A stretch of DNA of 62,947 bases, filler included, from Diploschistes diacapsis (taxonomy: Eukaryota): the NCBI GenBank assembly GCA_023645945.1. It is 22 parts of 22 records of this genome, joined end to end, with 100 filler letters (N's around TTAATTAATTAA, not from the genome) between each part and the next. Parts side by side here need not be neighbours in the genome. Positions count along the whole stretch, not along the records: positions 19,203 to 38,279 come from JALAIB010000383.1; 21 more parts are not named here. One strand, given 5' to 3'. This document shows positions 23,998 to 36,435 of the stretch, in pieces. Position numbers and translations under genes: made by a program. The notes under the pieces were generated by a model. That model was not told the DNA's origin, searched no databases, and saw only the letters and a program-made list of their open reading frames with translations. How positions within the stretch are numbered: position 1 is the stretch's first letter; each line of letters opens with the position of its first letter.

Positions 23998-24465
23998 ATG
24001 CCTAAAAAGTCATCTAAACGACCCTGCTCCGCGTGCGGCGACAAAAGATGCCCTTCTGCTCTAGGAAATGGTGCATCCATCCTTCGCGGCTTTTCTAGGT
24101 GCGAGATTGCGAGGTGCGATGCCGATGAGTCCGTCGGTATCAAGAAGGAGTGGAAGAGGAAGAAGGTAGGCTCCATGAAGCCATTAAAAGTATCGATTTC
24201 CGGGCCGTCTCTGCTGGCTCCGCCTGTCGAGATCATTCTCAGCATCATTCAGCATACCTCAGAAATTGATATATTTTCACTGCGCTTGGCTTGCAGAGCC
24301 TTATTTAAGCTCTTATATAACCAGAAACCAAGAAGAAGAAAATTCGCTGTGCTGTATCAGGCTGCCTTACCGAGCTTTTCTGGTCACGTGGGACTTCGTG
24401 GTCAAAGGTGTGGTTTTTTGAGGAAGTCCAGTAACCCAAAAGTACATGACCAAAAGGTCGACTAA
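23998..24465 (+). CDS. F-box-like protein, probably truncated or degenerate
   Basis: PSLLAPPVEIILSIIQHTSEIDIFSLRLACRALFKLL resembles an F-box motif. Confidence 0.55.
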   Translation: MPKKSSKRPCSACGDKRCPSALGNGASILRGFSRCEIARCDADESVGIKKEWKRKKVGSMKPLKVSISGPSLLAPPVEIILSIIQHTSEIDIFSLRLACRALFKLLYNQKPRRRKFAVLYQAALPSFSGHVGLRGQRCGFLRKSSNPKVHDQKVD

Positions 24466-24688
24466 AGAACCTTCAGGTTCTTTACTGCTGGAACTTCACT
24501 ACCACAAAGGGAGCCTCATGGTCACGGAGTCCTTGGAGCTCGCATCGCAACGAATCAAATAGATATGAGGCTGTTCGATGTTTCAACATAAAGCGACCAG
24601 ACGAATCCTCTTACCTTGCACAGCTTGTCCTGGCGGAAGAGTAGGTCATCCCTGAACTGAAGGAAATTGAGATTGCATTGTCCAGCTT

Positions 24689-25397
24689 TTAAATAACCTG
24701 TATTGGCTGATAAAAGTTTCCCGCAGTATTTAACTCGAGTTTTAACTTGCTAAAACAGTCGTCCACTGACTTTGTCATTGTGGTTTTTATTTGTAATAGG
24801 CCTTGCTTGGCTGCCTCCACCACTTGTACTAGAGCCTTCAACCGAGTAACTTCTTCTTCGCAACGTTGTCTGAGCTCAGTCTCCTTAGCTGCTCGGTCAC
24901 TGACTTCACATAATTCAGCCGTCAGTCTATTGTTGTCTGCCGTCAGTCTATCGTTGACTGCCGTCAAATCATCGATTGTTGCATTGAAATTGCTTTCAGG
25001 TTTCCAAATGTCCTGCTTGTGCGTCAGTGAATCTCAGGTACTCAAGGGCCCACTTACTTCAGCTATGCTCGTCTCAGGCTGCGATCCGGTCGCTAGGACA
25101 GCTTCGAGCGAATCGCCAACTGCTCGATATAGATAGCGATACGCTCCGGTAGAATGTTTGCTGAGTTGTTTCCTGAGAATCTCTTTCTCAAAAGAATGCT
25201 CCTTCTCCGGCACGATCTGCCAGACATATGAGTGGTGGGCGGTAGTAATCAACCGGACTTTCTTCGGTTCGACAGTAATTCCGAGTTTAGTCCCTTTATG
25301 GATTAGCTTCCCACGTGATAAACGAGACCTTCTTACAAATACGACACTTCCTTCGAGACTCAGCACGATTCAAATTACTTGACTTTGATGAAGCCAT
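24689..25397 (-). pseudogene. Coiled-coil hypothetical protein, frameshifted with an internal stop
   Basis: ATG at 25397 (MASSKSSNLNRAESRRKCRICKK), a frameshift into KLGITVEPKKVRLIT..LSKHSTGAYRYL, TGA at 25036-25034, then the same frame continues as heptads (LTAVNDRLTADNNRLTAEL). Confidence 0.55.
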
Positions 25398-25719
25398 TAC
25401 TTTAGAGAAAACCCGCTCGGTCGTCAAAAAACCACACTGATCAGGCCCCGTATCTTTGAAGTATTAGTCGCCTTCACTTTATATATGACTGACTCCTCTT
25501 GCATGGACGCCATTTCCGGCTGCGTTTGTACCTCGGTTTTGCGCCTCCATTTTTCGCGTTCAATGGCAGCCCTTTTTGGCTGCGTTTTCGAGGCGCGACA
25601 TCGCTTTTCCGCCGTCTTACGCTGATCCAGTAGGCGCCGAGCGCATTGATGTTATCTAAATATAATGCACTGTCTCAAGTAACCTGGTGGCCGTCATTGA
25701 GTAAGGGCCTACATCGTTA

Positions 25720-26300
25720 ACTGCTGTTAATCAACAATTTAGAAGGATAAACGATCATTAATCCGTATGCTTTATTATTATCTCTCCGACTAAGCCATGC
25801 AAGTTTTGCTATATTAACCTTGTTCTCTTTTTCTAAAGCTTCGCATATTCCAGTCTTGATCGTACTGTCTTGTTCTAAGATCGCCGTGCGATCTCCCCCG
25901 TCCATCTTAATAGAATATAGTTGATCTCGCATGATACGTGCACCCGTTGTTATTACTTTTTAAACTACTCCCTTGATCTCATCAAGTTCCTCCTCTTTTC
26001 TGCACATGAACCTGATCCGCTCTTAATATTCCTAGGGTCTTTAGTGACCCCGGCACAATTCCAGCTCGTGTTCTTCTCTTCAGTCCGCACATGTTGTTCA
26101 ACTATCTTCCTTATAATCGCAGGGTTAACTACCTCTCCATGCCCCCCCTCCACTCTTGTGGTGTCGATGATACGTATATATTTGAGGGTCCTGATGGAGG
26201 CTTGATTGTCGCTTCTTATAGCCTGACTATGAGTCTGGCTTCGATTTCCTCGATTTGCTTGCTGTCTTCTATCTTCAGTACTTCGGTACCTATCATTTAA
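25720..26300 (-). mobile_element. Non-LTR (Tad/I-like LINE) ORF1 gag-like remnant
   Basis: WNCAGVTKDPRN, MRDQLYSIKMDG.DRTAIL and ENKVNIAKLAWLSRRDNNKAYGLMIVY resemble fungal Tad-type ORF1. Frameshifted. Confidence 0.75.
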
Positions 26301-27139
26301 CCAGTCGGCTCAGTACGTTATGATTGGATGGAGGAAGCGAGCGCAAGGTCGACTCCTCGTTGAAGCTAAAAGTGCAGTGAAATCCACTTAATCAAGGCTT
26401 CCCGATTGCCAGTAATGGACATTGGAAGCAGCTGCAGAGAATTTTATCTGTCGCTGCTTAGTCACCTTGCTCGCCAATAGAAATCCATCATCTATCGTCC
26501 AAGTACGACCACACCACAACAGCCTCTCACGAGCTTGCCTTCTTTCCCTGTATTATCAAATGCAAGCTTTTCCTTGCTTTGGTATTCACCAAATAGCATT
26601 TCTATTCGATCGGCAACGCGAAGAGGCTGTACCACGCCGCAGATACAGAACGTTGCACAGGTTCTTTCGTGCCTGCTTTCGAAACGCTCCCTGCATACTC
26701 ACAATCTGCTCACTGTCCATTTAGCGACGACTTAACATCTTCATCTTCTTGTTTGCTTGAGTATCTTCGCGTAAATTGGCCGCCTTCAGTTCCCCTTTTC
26801 AGTCTGAAGGCTTCCTGCCTCACAGCCTCGCCTGTTGCGCAAGGAGATGGTCTCAATCATGCAGGGTTGAGGATAAATCCTTGGTTATTGCTCGATTTCC
26901 ATCATATGATGCGCAGACTATCGAGGCGCGGAGGGCTTGTGATACCAGAGAATACGAAGACATAATTTGAGCCTTATTGTTGAATACTTTTGCCTGACTT
27001 CTGCATGCTTGCTGATTCCATATCTGCGCCATGCCTCAGAAGAAGGCCGAATCACTTACTTTATAAAGTTCTATAAAGCAACAATCTCCTACACAGTGTC
27101 TTTTATCTGCTACACAAGTCTCGCCTTAACTAATGAAAA

Positions 27140-29026
27140 ATGGCTCAAACTCTGGCAGATTGCTTTCGATGGTTCCAGCCTGCTTCTTTGTGGCATACAG
27201 CCAAGCAGCAGATGCGACACTTGGGAAAGGTCATGATCCCGGCAATTTATTCAAAAATCAAAAAATTCCTCAGCAAGATCGCGACAGTCCTGTCGCCTTG
27301 GCTTGAGGAGATCGCTTACATTGCTCTCAGCGTCGCTCTCATGACAACGCTTGTTGTCATTCTCAAAACCTATAACGGTCGTCCGCTGACTGATTGGCAA
27401 GGTGCCATTTCCATGGGTAATATGTCAGTCAATATATCGCTTAACTTTATTGTTGCAGTACTTGGAACCATCAGTAAGACGTCTGTAGCCGTATGTATCG
27501 AAGCAGGCCTTTCTCAGAGCAAATGGATCTGGTTTAGACTCCGAAGGCGTTCGCTGTTGGACTATAAAAGGTTCGACGCAGCAAGTCGTGGCCCGCTAGG
27601 TAGTGCTCGGCTTCTACCTATCACCAAGTTAAGGTTAGTGGAAAGCTATTTCCAGTGAACTTACAGGTCTGACTACTTGGATAGGGACTTCGCTTCTCTG
27701 GGTGCTCTTGTGGTCATTCTTGGACTAGCCTTTGATCCATTCCTGCAGCTTCTGGTTTCGTACGAAGGCATGATGGGTGTTGATTCCAATGCGAATGCTT
27801 CTCTCGCATTCACGTCTTTTTACTACGATGGAGTTCAGGAGCCAAATGGCATGACCGGTGTGTATTTGTGTCGTTTTATATTATAAATGTCACCTTAGTC
27901 ACTAATTTGGTTGGTAGTCACGAATGCTTATGATAACGCTTTCAAGGTCGCACTCAGTGGCCCACAAGAAGTCATGGAAGAAGCCATTCGACAAAGCATG
28001 GAGACTTCCAATTCGAGTAATCTTTTCAAGCCCAACTATTTCTGCACTTCCCAAAACTGTACTTGGCCGCCATTTGCTTCCCTAGCAGTATGTTCAAGCT
28101 GTGTAGACGTGTCTGCACACATTCTCAGCAAGAAGAATTCCAATGTCACTTTCCACACCGACGTAGGAGCTCCCTTCAACGCCCCAGGTGTACAATACTA
28201 TATGCTCGCAGATCCAGCGACTGGGTCCTTCTCCATCTGAATGGATTGAGGACACATACATAGCTCAACTGCCTTACCCTGTTCTTGAGAACCCGGAAGG
28301 ACCTCGGCTCAAGTACTCAAACTATAGCATAGAAGTTATGGCAACTTACTTGACGGCTCATCCCAACAACACATTCAGTTTCAAAGACTCGAGCAACCTG
28401 CTGCAATCCCTACTTGTGATGTATTCGACCACGCCCTACATTGACAACGCAGCAGATTGGGAATCCCAACCTGTCAGTGCCGTGGAGTGCGGGCTAACGC
28501 TTTGCACAAACGTATACAACAGTGCAGTCATCAATGGGACTTTAGTGGAAACCATCAGTAACACAGCTTCCTCTCGAGTTCCGGGTTCCTATGCTCCAAT
28601 ATCACTGTCAGCAGTCAACGCGTCAGATGCATCGATTGGCGCGATCAGTATTAGAAATCTGACGGACCCAGCATTCAGCAACGACATCTCGACACCGGCC
28701 TTCCAGCCATATCCCGTCGCACGGACGGATCTAAGCTTACACGCGCCGCCAGGTATGTTGGGGATGTTCAACATCACACAAGCGTCGATAGAATGTCTTA
28801 TTTCCGCACTGCTGGAGCAGTTCTCACGCAACCTCTTGGCTGGCTCCCCAGACCCGCAGCATGTTCCCCCGAATACCACGAGCAGCGATTGGCAGCTATT
28901 CGACGAAGAACAGGAGATCACCGGCAACTCCCACGTGACGCTTAGCTCCACCAATTTACCCTCGAGCAACGCCCGACTCGCAGCCATGTATTTCTCTTGG
29001 ACAAGCTTCGATTCCACCCAGAATAT

Positions 29027-29068
<42 letters not shown>

Positions 29069-29477
29069 CGGGTCTTCGGCTCCTTTACCTTTGCAACCAT
29101 ACGTCGATGGCATCGCGCACTCCATCTCCTCCGTGTTGCGCAATTCCGGCACGCCGCCGACCTTTCAATCCGGCACCGCGCAGAACTGGGGCGTCTACAT
29201 TCAGGTGCGCTGGCCCGTCATCACCGGCCCTGCAATCTTTGTGCTTGGATCCCTCATTTTCATGGTTAGCTGCATCTGGCGCACCAATCGCGAGGGGCTG
29301 CATCCCTGGAAGGACAACCCTCTGCCGGCGCTGATCGCGGGCTTGAAGGGCGAGGCGCTGACTGATGCCGTGGCGAGGCTGGATAGCGGCGGCTGGGAGG
29401 AGAAGAGGCTCGAGAAGTTGTGTAGAGAGATGGAAGTCGAGCTGAAGGATCGGCGGCGGCTTGAGTTTATGGCTTAG
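27140..29477 (+). CDS. DUF3176 membrane protein
   Basis: N-terminal TM block with YNGRPLTDW, ISLNFIVAVL, GLSQSKWIWF, FDAASRGPLGS and FDPFLQLL, then CTSQNCTWPPFASLAVCSSC and VECGLTLC, and C-terminal YIQVRWPVI..PWK. Introns near 27634-27685, 27858-27917 and probably 28163-28211. The start codon is uncertain (27140, 27212 or 27233). Confidence 0.85.
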
Positions 29478-30907
29478 GGTATGGAGCGGAGCGGAAGAAG
29501 CAAGGCGTAGAAGGCGCATGCATGCGATTTGGCGCGCTGAGGTGCAAATTCAGATGATACATTATGGCCTTGGGATAAAGATTATATGGAGTGCAAATAC
29601 ATATGGGGGAGCTGTCCTGCGATATTTCAAGCCACCGCTCTTTTGCCGGCTTGCTAATGACAAAGTTTTCTTTTAATAACGCCCTTTCCTTCAAGGGAAA
29701 TTTAACAGTATTGGCTAGCCAAGCGCCGAGCGCCTTGAGGGATATGATAATGAGATATGTACTCCAAACGGGGGATGGCGAATGCAATAAAAACGAAAAT
29801 AGAACCCGAACAACTTCAGTATTGAACTGGTCTTGGGTATCATGCGAGCCGTTGTGTAGCTTGATATGTTGAATATGAAAGGATGGAACAATTGGATATT
29901 CAATGCCAAATGCTATGGCTGCGAAGAAGCTTCTTGCAATGCCACACTTTTTACCATCGAAAGGAACAACCTCCGGAATGCCTGTATAGCTTGTCTCCAA
30001 TTATTGTCTTTTTTTTTAATAAAAAAAAAACTTCCTCTGCCACCAAGAATGACGCTTCCGCAAAATATAAGATTATCCACAAAAAAACATATTGCCTCCC
30101 AATTTCATCTGCCACGCGGAGGAAGTGTTAAGGTTACTTTTAATTTCAGGGTCCCACAAGCACAGAGTAGACTTGTCAGAGACATGACGGCAAGACCGTT
30201 GAAAGATTGTCCTAAAACAGGTGTCAGTATCGGTGGCGGATGTAGATGCGGCCGATAGTAAGAAGTACAGCCAAAGAGATGATCAACCATGCCAGGGCCT
30301 TTCTTCTTTCAGTTTCGACGAAGTGAGTCGATGGGTATACATACACGTCGGATCTTCATCGGTAGATATACACGGCATGGCCATGGAGCCACCATGGAGA
30401 GGGCGAACGGACGATACGAAGCAAGGTAGTGGGTAGGACCGATCGAACTAGCGGTGACTATTTCAAAAAGTGGAGAATAGAGATTGTTAGGCAAGAGCGG
30501 CCACGTAGTCACCACTCATATATTGGCCCACGTCCACCTTTCGGAAGGACAATGAATTGATTTAATGAACTTTCTTTACAACGTTTGTCTTCACCACAGA
30601 GATCCGAATCGACGCGAGTGCCGAGTTTAGAATAAGCGGAAGGGAAAGCCATCGTCTAGTTTATAGCTCCCCAAAATACGTATGGGAAAGCCTTCGTTCG
30701 TTTTTGAAGTCATGATGACACGAAGTCCTCGTGCAATGCTTTCCATGCAAGACCATCGACTTTGCTGAAGCAAGCAAGCATACATACCAACCATTTTCAA
30801 GACGCAGGAGCAGAAACTGCAGTGGGTAGGGGAAAGCAGACTTGACACTCCGATGTCGACTGCATATGTAAGTCGATCCGCGCCTGAGGCGGAAGAGCCC
30901 GTAAGGC

Positions 30908-31606
30908 GGCGCTTAACGCGTCTATAATTTTCCCCCAAAAACTTCCTTCAAAACTCATAATCTCATATTTCCTTCCTTCCCCCTTCTCCTCCACCTCCTT
31001 TCATGCCCCACCTTCCGTGCAAACTTCAACGCCGCCTTATTCGCCCTCATCCCCGAATTACATGCATATACCCTAATAGCCCCCTGTATCGCACCGCTCT
31101 CCCTCGTCTTCTTTATTAACACATTCCCCAGCGCCAGCGGCCACGGGTTATGGCAAAACTCGAGATACGTAATAGGGTGCTCGCTTGCATGGCGAGCACG
31201 TTCAAAGTGGTGGGATGCGAGTGCCCGAGAGAGCAGTCGACGATTTTTGTTGTAAAGTCGAGGTAGGAGCGGTTTTCAAGGTCGTGAAAAATACTACCGC
31301 GGCCGGGAGAGAAGAGGAGGGGAGTTTTTGAGTTGGTGCTGACAGTGTAGGGTGTGTTTTGGGTGAGGAAGATGGTTGTTTGCGAGAGGAGGGAGGGCGG
31401 AGGCGCGCTGGTTATCAGAGAGTAGTGTTAGGAGAAGTAGAGAAGGGAGAGGATTAGGCGAGGGAAAGGACTTTGAAAGGAGAAGGGCGTACCCTGGCTT
31501 CTTGTCGCATCTTCTCGCACGTCAAGGCAGTGGGCACGGCGATGGCGGATGAGGCAGAACGCCGCTATTGTCGTTGAAGAGGGATGTAAGGTGAAAATGG
31601 GCGCAT
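30908..31606 (-). pseudogene. ARG8: Partial acetylornithine aminotransferase pseudogene (5' third)
   Basis: IFHDLENRSYLDFTTKIVDCSLGHSHP..HNPWPLALGNVLIKKTRESGA..CNSGMRANKAALKFARKVG..KYEIMSFEGSFWGKIIDALSA aligns by eye with ARG8 (YLDFTAGIAVNSLGH, CNSGSEANEAAIKFARK, SFHGRTMGALSA). It has a stop and frameshifts and ends before the PLP lysine. Confidence 0.8.
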
Positions 31607-32862
31607 TATGGGGAGGCGAGCAGCGCAAAGGCGCTTTATAGGATATATCGCAGCCATTGAAGCTTGAGGGAGTATAACTGCACTTTCAAAGGGCTAATTG
31701 TAAAGTTCTCACATGGTGTGCCAAAAGTCTTTAGAAGTTGAAGAAAATTGACTTTAAAAACTATATAGAGCGCACGGTGCTCCGATGACGGAGGTGCGGA
31801 ACGCCTTTTAAAACTCCTATCTACCACTCACGTCTTCACAAAGGCACTGGATACTTGAGGCCCGCATGTCAGAACAGGAGCTTCGTTGCACCGTACACTA
31901 AGTACCTCTCTCATGTCAAATGTTGAATTTACGCTAGCCAACAAAAACTAGCTTTCAGACCCACAAAAATAGGCCGGCTACAAGATCAAGTACAGGATAG
32001 ATTCACAATCTATAAGGAGCCGTTTCCTTTCGTTTGCGTCGAAACAAGGCCGATGCATATATCGCACACAATCTGTGGAGCAGCTCTAGCTCAAATCCTA
32101 GCTAAACACAGCGACGACGAAATGCATGTCCGCTCCAAAGGCTTTTATCGTGTGGACTGATGAGGGATACATTCACGGCTTACTCTATCTCTGCGTGGGC
32201 GATAGGTAGTATCCCCTCGCTCCCCCATCTCTTCGAATATTATATCCAGATAAGCAAAAAGCACTTTCGTTGCGCCTTTGCGATGGTACTTTTTGGATAT
32301 AATATTTGAAGGATAGGGTACTACCTGTCGGACACTGAAAGTTAGTGGTAACTGTTTGTTCGTTATCAAAAATAAAAGATACTGTACCTAAGTTTACAGC
32401 AATAAGAACCCGCATTATCTGTAAAGTAAAGCTTGCAACATTCATGTATCTAGGTACGAAATACACAATATATCTCAAGATCTTCTAAAGACTTGTCCTT
32501 TGCAGCTATGAAAGGGGGGCTGCGGGCCGAGACCAAGAGGAAACCGGGCCGTCAACTCTTATATTCAAGCTGCTCCAGTGCTTGTTTATAGCCCATCAGT
32601 GCTTGTGTAATTCTGTATAATAGTATCTGCACGCTGTTACAGCTCCTTTGATACGACGGCCTTCTAGTCTTGAACCTTCAGCTTCTTTCCCGTCTTTCTT
32701 TCACCCAAATACTTTCATCTGCCGTTATTAAATGATTGAACCGCTTCTATAGAAAATACCCCGGTTCAGTCTACGAGAAGAGCATCTCAAAACACTAATA
32801 CTTCGGGCTTCCTTACGAATTTCGCTTTACCGCAACACGAACACGCATTTCTGTTTAGATGA

Positions 32863-34570
32863 ATGCTCCAATTCCTTACCCGCTTTCTCTCGCCTCTACG
32901 CCTTGTCATGGTCTCCGTCCTGCACCATAGCCCACTGGCTTCTGATACCCCTCCCAAGAAGCCCCTAATCGCCATACTTGGTGCCACCGGCACTGGTAAA
33001 TCCGAAGTACTTTACCATAATACCGCTTCCCCATTACTTGCTCTACTTTCTCTACTCAGCTAATCACCCGTAGCTCGCTCTTCACCTCGCAAATCATCGC
33101 TTCGCAGCCGGTAGCGCCGAAGTAATCAATGCCGACGCCCTCCAACTCTACGCTGGTCTACCTATTACAACAAACAAGCTCCTTGGCTCCGCGCAGCGGG
33201 GGATTCCGCATCATCTGCTCGGCTGCGTTGACTTGAACGAGAGTCCGTGGACCGTGGGACGGTACCTTACCGAGGCCGGAAAGGTGATCAAGGAGGTGAG
33301 AGCGAAGGGAAGGTGGCCACTAGTAGTTGGAGGAACTGGATATTATGTCGAGGGGCTTACGCTGAAGGGGAGGCTGGTTGTCGATGTTGGCATAGGTGAA
33401 GGGGCAGAAGGGGCGGAAGGAGAAGGAGAGACGGTCAGTTGCTACGAGGTACTGAATGCAAAAGCGGAAGAGGAGAGATGGCCTGTTCTGAACGAGAGCA
33501 CGGAAGTGCTCCTAGATGAGCTAAAGAAAGTGGATCCAGACATGGCAGCGCGGTGGCACCCCAAGGACAGGCGAAAGATTCGGCGATCCTTATCTATCTA
33601 CCTACAAACAGGTCGAAAGGCGAGTGACATTTATGCAGAACAAAAGGCTGAACGAGCACGTATGCAGCCTCCTGAAAGTGTTAATGGCAATGCCATCGCC
33701 TCGAACGCCGGTCCCGCATCAGGCTTCTCTGGGTCAGGAGCACTCAAGCACGACGTCCTTTTTTTCTATCTTCATTGCCCTGTCTCTTCTCTCGAGCCCA
33801 AGCTCGAATCTCGTGTCCAGGAGATGCTGTCTCGCGGTCTTTTGGACGAGATCCGTTACCTCCGAAAGTTTCACACCTCTCTTATCGCAGCCGGTACGCC
33901 CCCTGATCTAACGCGTGGTATATGGGTGGCGATTGGCTACAAAGAATTCGCACCCTACCTGGACGCTCTGGAAGCCACCGAAGCAAGCAACGGCGACAAT
34001 GATACGGCCGAGACGAAATCGGAACTGGAAATGGAATTGGCGAAGCTCAAAGCCGAGAGTATCGAGCGCATGATAATTGCAACAAGACAGTACGCAAAGC
34101 GACAGGCCAAGTGGGTGCAAAGAAAGCTGCTTCCAGGTTTGCGCAGTATCGGTGCGCAAGATCGACTGTTTGTGCTGGACGTCAGCGATCCAGCAAAAGT
34201 GGATAAGGCGACAAACGTTGTGCGGCGGTTTCTTGCTGGTGAGGAGTTGCCGCGCCCAGAAGAAGTGGTTGATGGAGTGAGGGACGTGCTTGTGATGGGC
34301 AATGATGCAGGTGAAACCAAGGATGTGAGGACCTGTGAGAGGTGCGGTGTGACTGTTGCGACCGTCAAGGATTGGGAAAGACACTTGGTGAGCACGAAGC
34401 ACAGGCGTGCCCTGAAAAGGGAGAGGGAGACTGCTAGGAGGACGGCAGCGAAGCGTGAAGGTGTTGAGGAAAAGGTCGAAACCGATAAAGCTGAAGCAGA
34501 GACATTTTTACCGGAGGTGATCGCAGTCGAGAAGGCCAAACCCGAAAAGGCTGAACATGGCAAAGTCTGA
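32863..34570 (+). CDS. MOD5: tRNA dimethylallyl (isopentenyl) transferase
   Basis: Exons 32863-33006 and 33074-34570. P-loop GATGTGKS, INADALQLYAGLPITTNK, IPHHLLG, VVGGTGYY, HPKDRRKIRR, AIGYKEF, TRQYAKRQ and a C-terminal CxxC..HxxxxxH zinc finger. Confidence 0.95.
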
Positions 34571-35671
34571 TCATAGCGAGTCAAGACTGTGGAGATTGAG
34601 TTCGAAAAGATTGACGATGACTCGAATATGAATTGGGGAGTCTAGTCTTAAGACCTGATATAAACATAAATCATCGACCAAAGTCACGGTGCCGGGTACA
34701 TGAACTCAATAGTCGATTCAGGAGTTCCCATGGTCATTGAAGGAAGGAAGATATATTGGATACTAGATACTCTGCAGGTGCCCCAGGTATATATACAAGG
34801 TAGCGCGCCGGCATGGTGACATGGCTATACTGCTCTATTTACGCTAACAATTGGCGAGTTCTGAAGCCTCGATGCTGAATCTCAGATACGTTAGAAACAG
34901 GACCGTGAGGGAGCTCACACACCGCGCCTATGTCACACATTACCTACAGCAAGTAATGGACTACCAGATCAAGGTCCCAAAAAGTGGGCCAAGAATATGA
35001 GCTCTGATGTGGAAGCTTCTCCGTTACCACTAAGTCTCTTGGTACAAACCAGGTGCTCGCAGAGATTTCCGAAAGCGGAAAAGGGGCGCTACAGGCAGAT
35101 TATATGACCGACTTCGGCGATTGATATTACCGCTGTTGTCACTACACGAAGTTTGGATGAAAATTACTCTTGCAGTCATTCGTCTTAGCCAACTCTATTA
35201 GTATATGCTGGGGGTAGGCTACATAGTCTTTGACCCACTAACAAATATCAATAACATGGTTTTCCTGCAGGCATGGTTGATCAGCATTTGCAAATGCAAT
35301 CTTCGTCTAATTGAAGCTCACAGAGAGCGGAATTCTGCCACTTCAAGAGTAGTCAAACCACATGCAGCAGCTTTTACAATCTCAGAAGGAGCTTTGGGCC
35401 GTCAATATCAATTTCTTCCTCAGCTTCCTCTTTTTCGAAGTGTACTAATGTCACGTGATGAGTTATGCTGACATAATCCTCTTGACCCTCGCTTAAAGTT
35501 CGCGACCACATCTCAAAAATGGCTTTTGCGATCCCCCTCTGAAATCCGTGCCTGCATCTCAAGATACTCCAGGTTTCCCATCCTGTTAGCGCGCCTGTGT
35601 CTTCAAGCACTAGGCACTTGTTGCAGTAGCCGACTTCATCATCTCCCTCCCCTTGAACTGCTGTCCCAACT

Positions 35672-36435
35672 ATGCCTCCCAAATTCGATCCCAGTGAGGT
35701 CAAGGTCATCGAGCTTCGAGCCACAGGCGGGGAAATCGGTGCCAGTAGTGCTCTCGCCCCCAAGATCGGTCCCCTCGGATTGAGTCCAAAAAAAGTTGGC
35801 GAAGACATCGCAAAGGCGACAGGAGACTGGGTAGGTGACATCCTCACAAATGCGCGCAATTTTGTCGCTGACTGTCCATGTTATAGAAAGGATTACGGGT
35901 TACAGTCTGCCTAAGTGATCGTTGATATACGGATAGTCCTATCTAACTAGCGCCAGGTAAAATTGACCATACAGAACCGTCAAGCCACAGTTTCGGTCGT
36001 ACCAGTATGTTAACGTCCTCCACGTGCCGTGCCGAAACTGATGATGCGATAAGTCCGCCTCATCCCTCGTCATCAAAGCGCTCAAAGAACCCCCGCGCGA
36101 CCGCAAGAAAGAAAAAAATATCAAGGTATATTGGACATGGCATTTATCTCAGAGAAGTTGGGCTTACAGGAACCTGTCCTAGCACACCAAGTCTGTCCCT
36201 CTTGACGAGATAATTGAGATCGCACGAAAGATGCGGTTCAAGTCAATGGCCAAGGACTTGAAAGGGACTGTGAAGGAGGTTCTGGGAACAGCGTTTAGCA
36301 CAGGCTGCCAGGTCGACGGTAAGAGTCCGAAGGATGTTAGCGATGCTGTTGAGTCGGGGGAGATTGAGAGTATGTTACTGCTTCATAAAACATGGGACTG
36401 GAGGTGCTAATGCTACGGCAGTTCCAGATGAATAA
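35672..36435 (+). CDS. RPL12: 60S ribosomal protein L12 (uL11)
   Basis: Six exons (35672-35830, 35887-35904, 35957-36004, 36054-36125, 36183-36369, 36422-36435) give [77 protein letters not shown]. Confidence 0.97.

Larger units (their letters stand above)
20100..26400 (+). mobile_element. Putative degraded Starship giant transposon 2 (boundaries approximate; may extend further right)
   Basis: The captain is the first gene after a host gene 3' end and is followed by decayed accessory ORFs and a LINE remnant. Confidence 0.5.

Noticed and set aside
33908..34584. Minus-strand ORFs over MOD5, and similar ones over the DUF3176 gene
   Set aside because: They are antisense shadows with no recognisable motifs.
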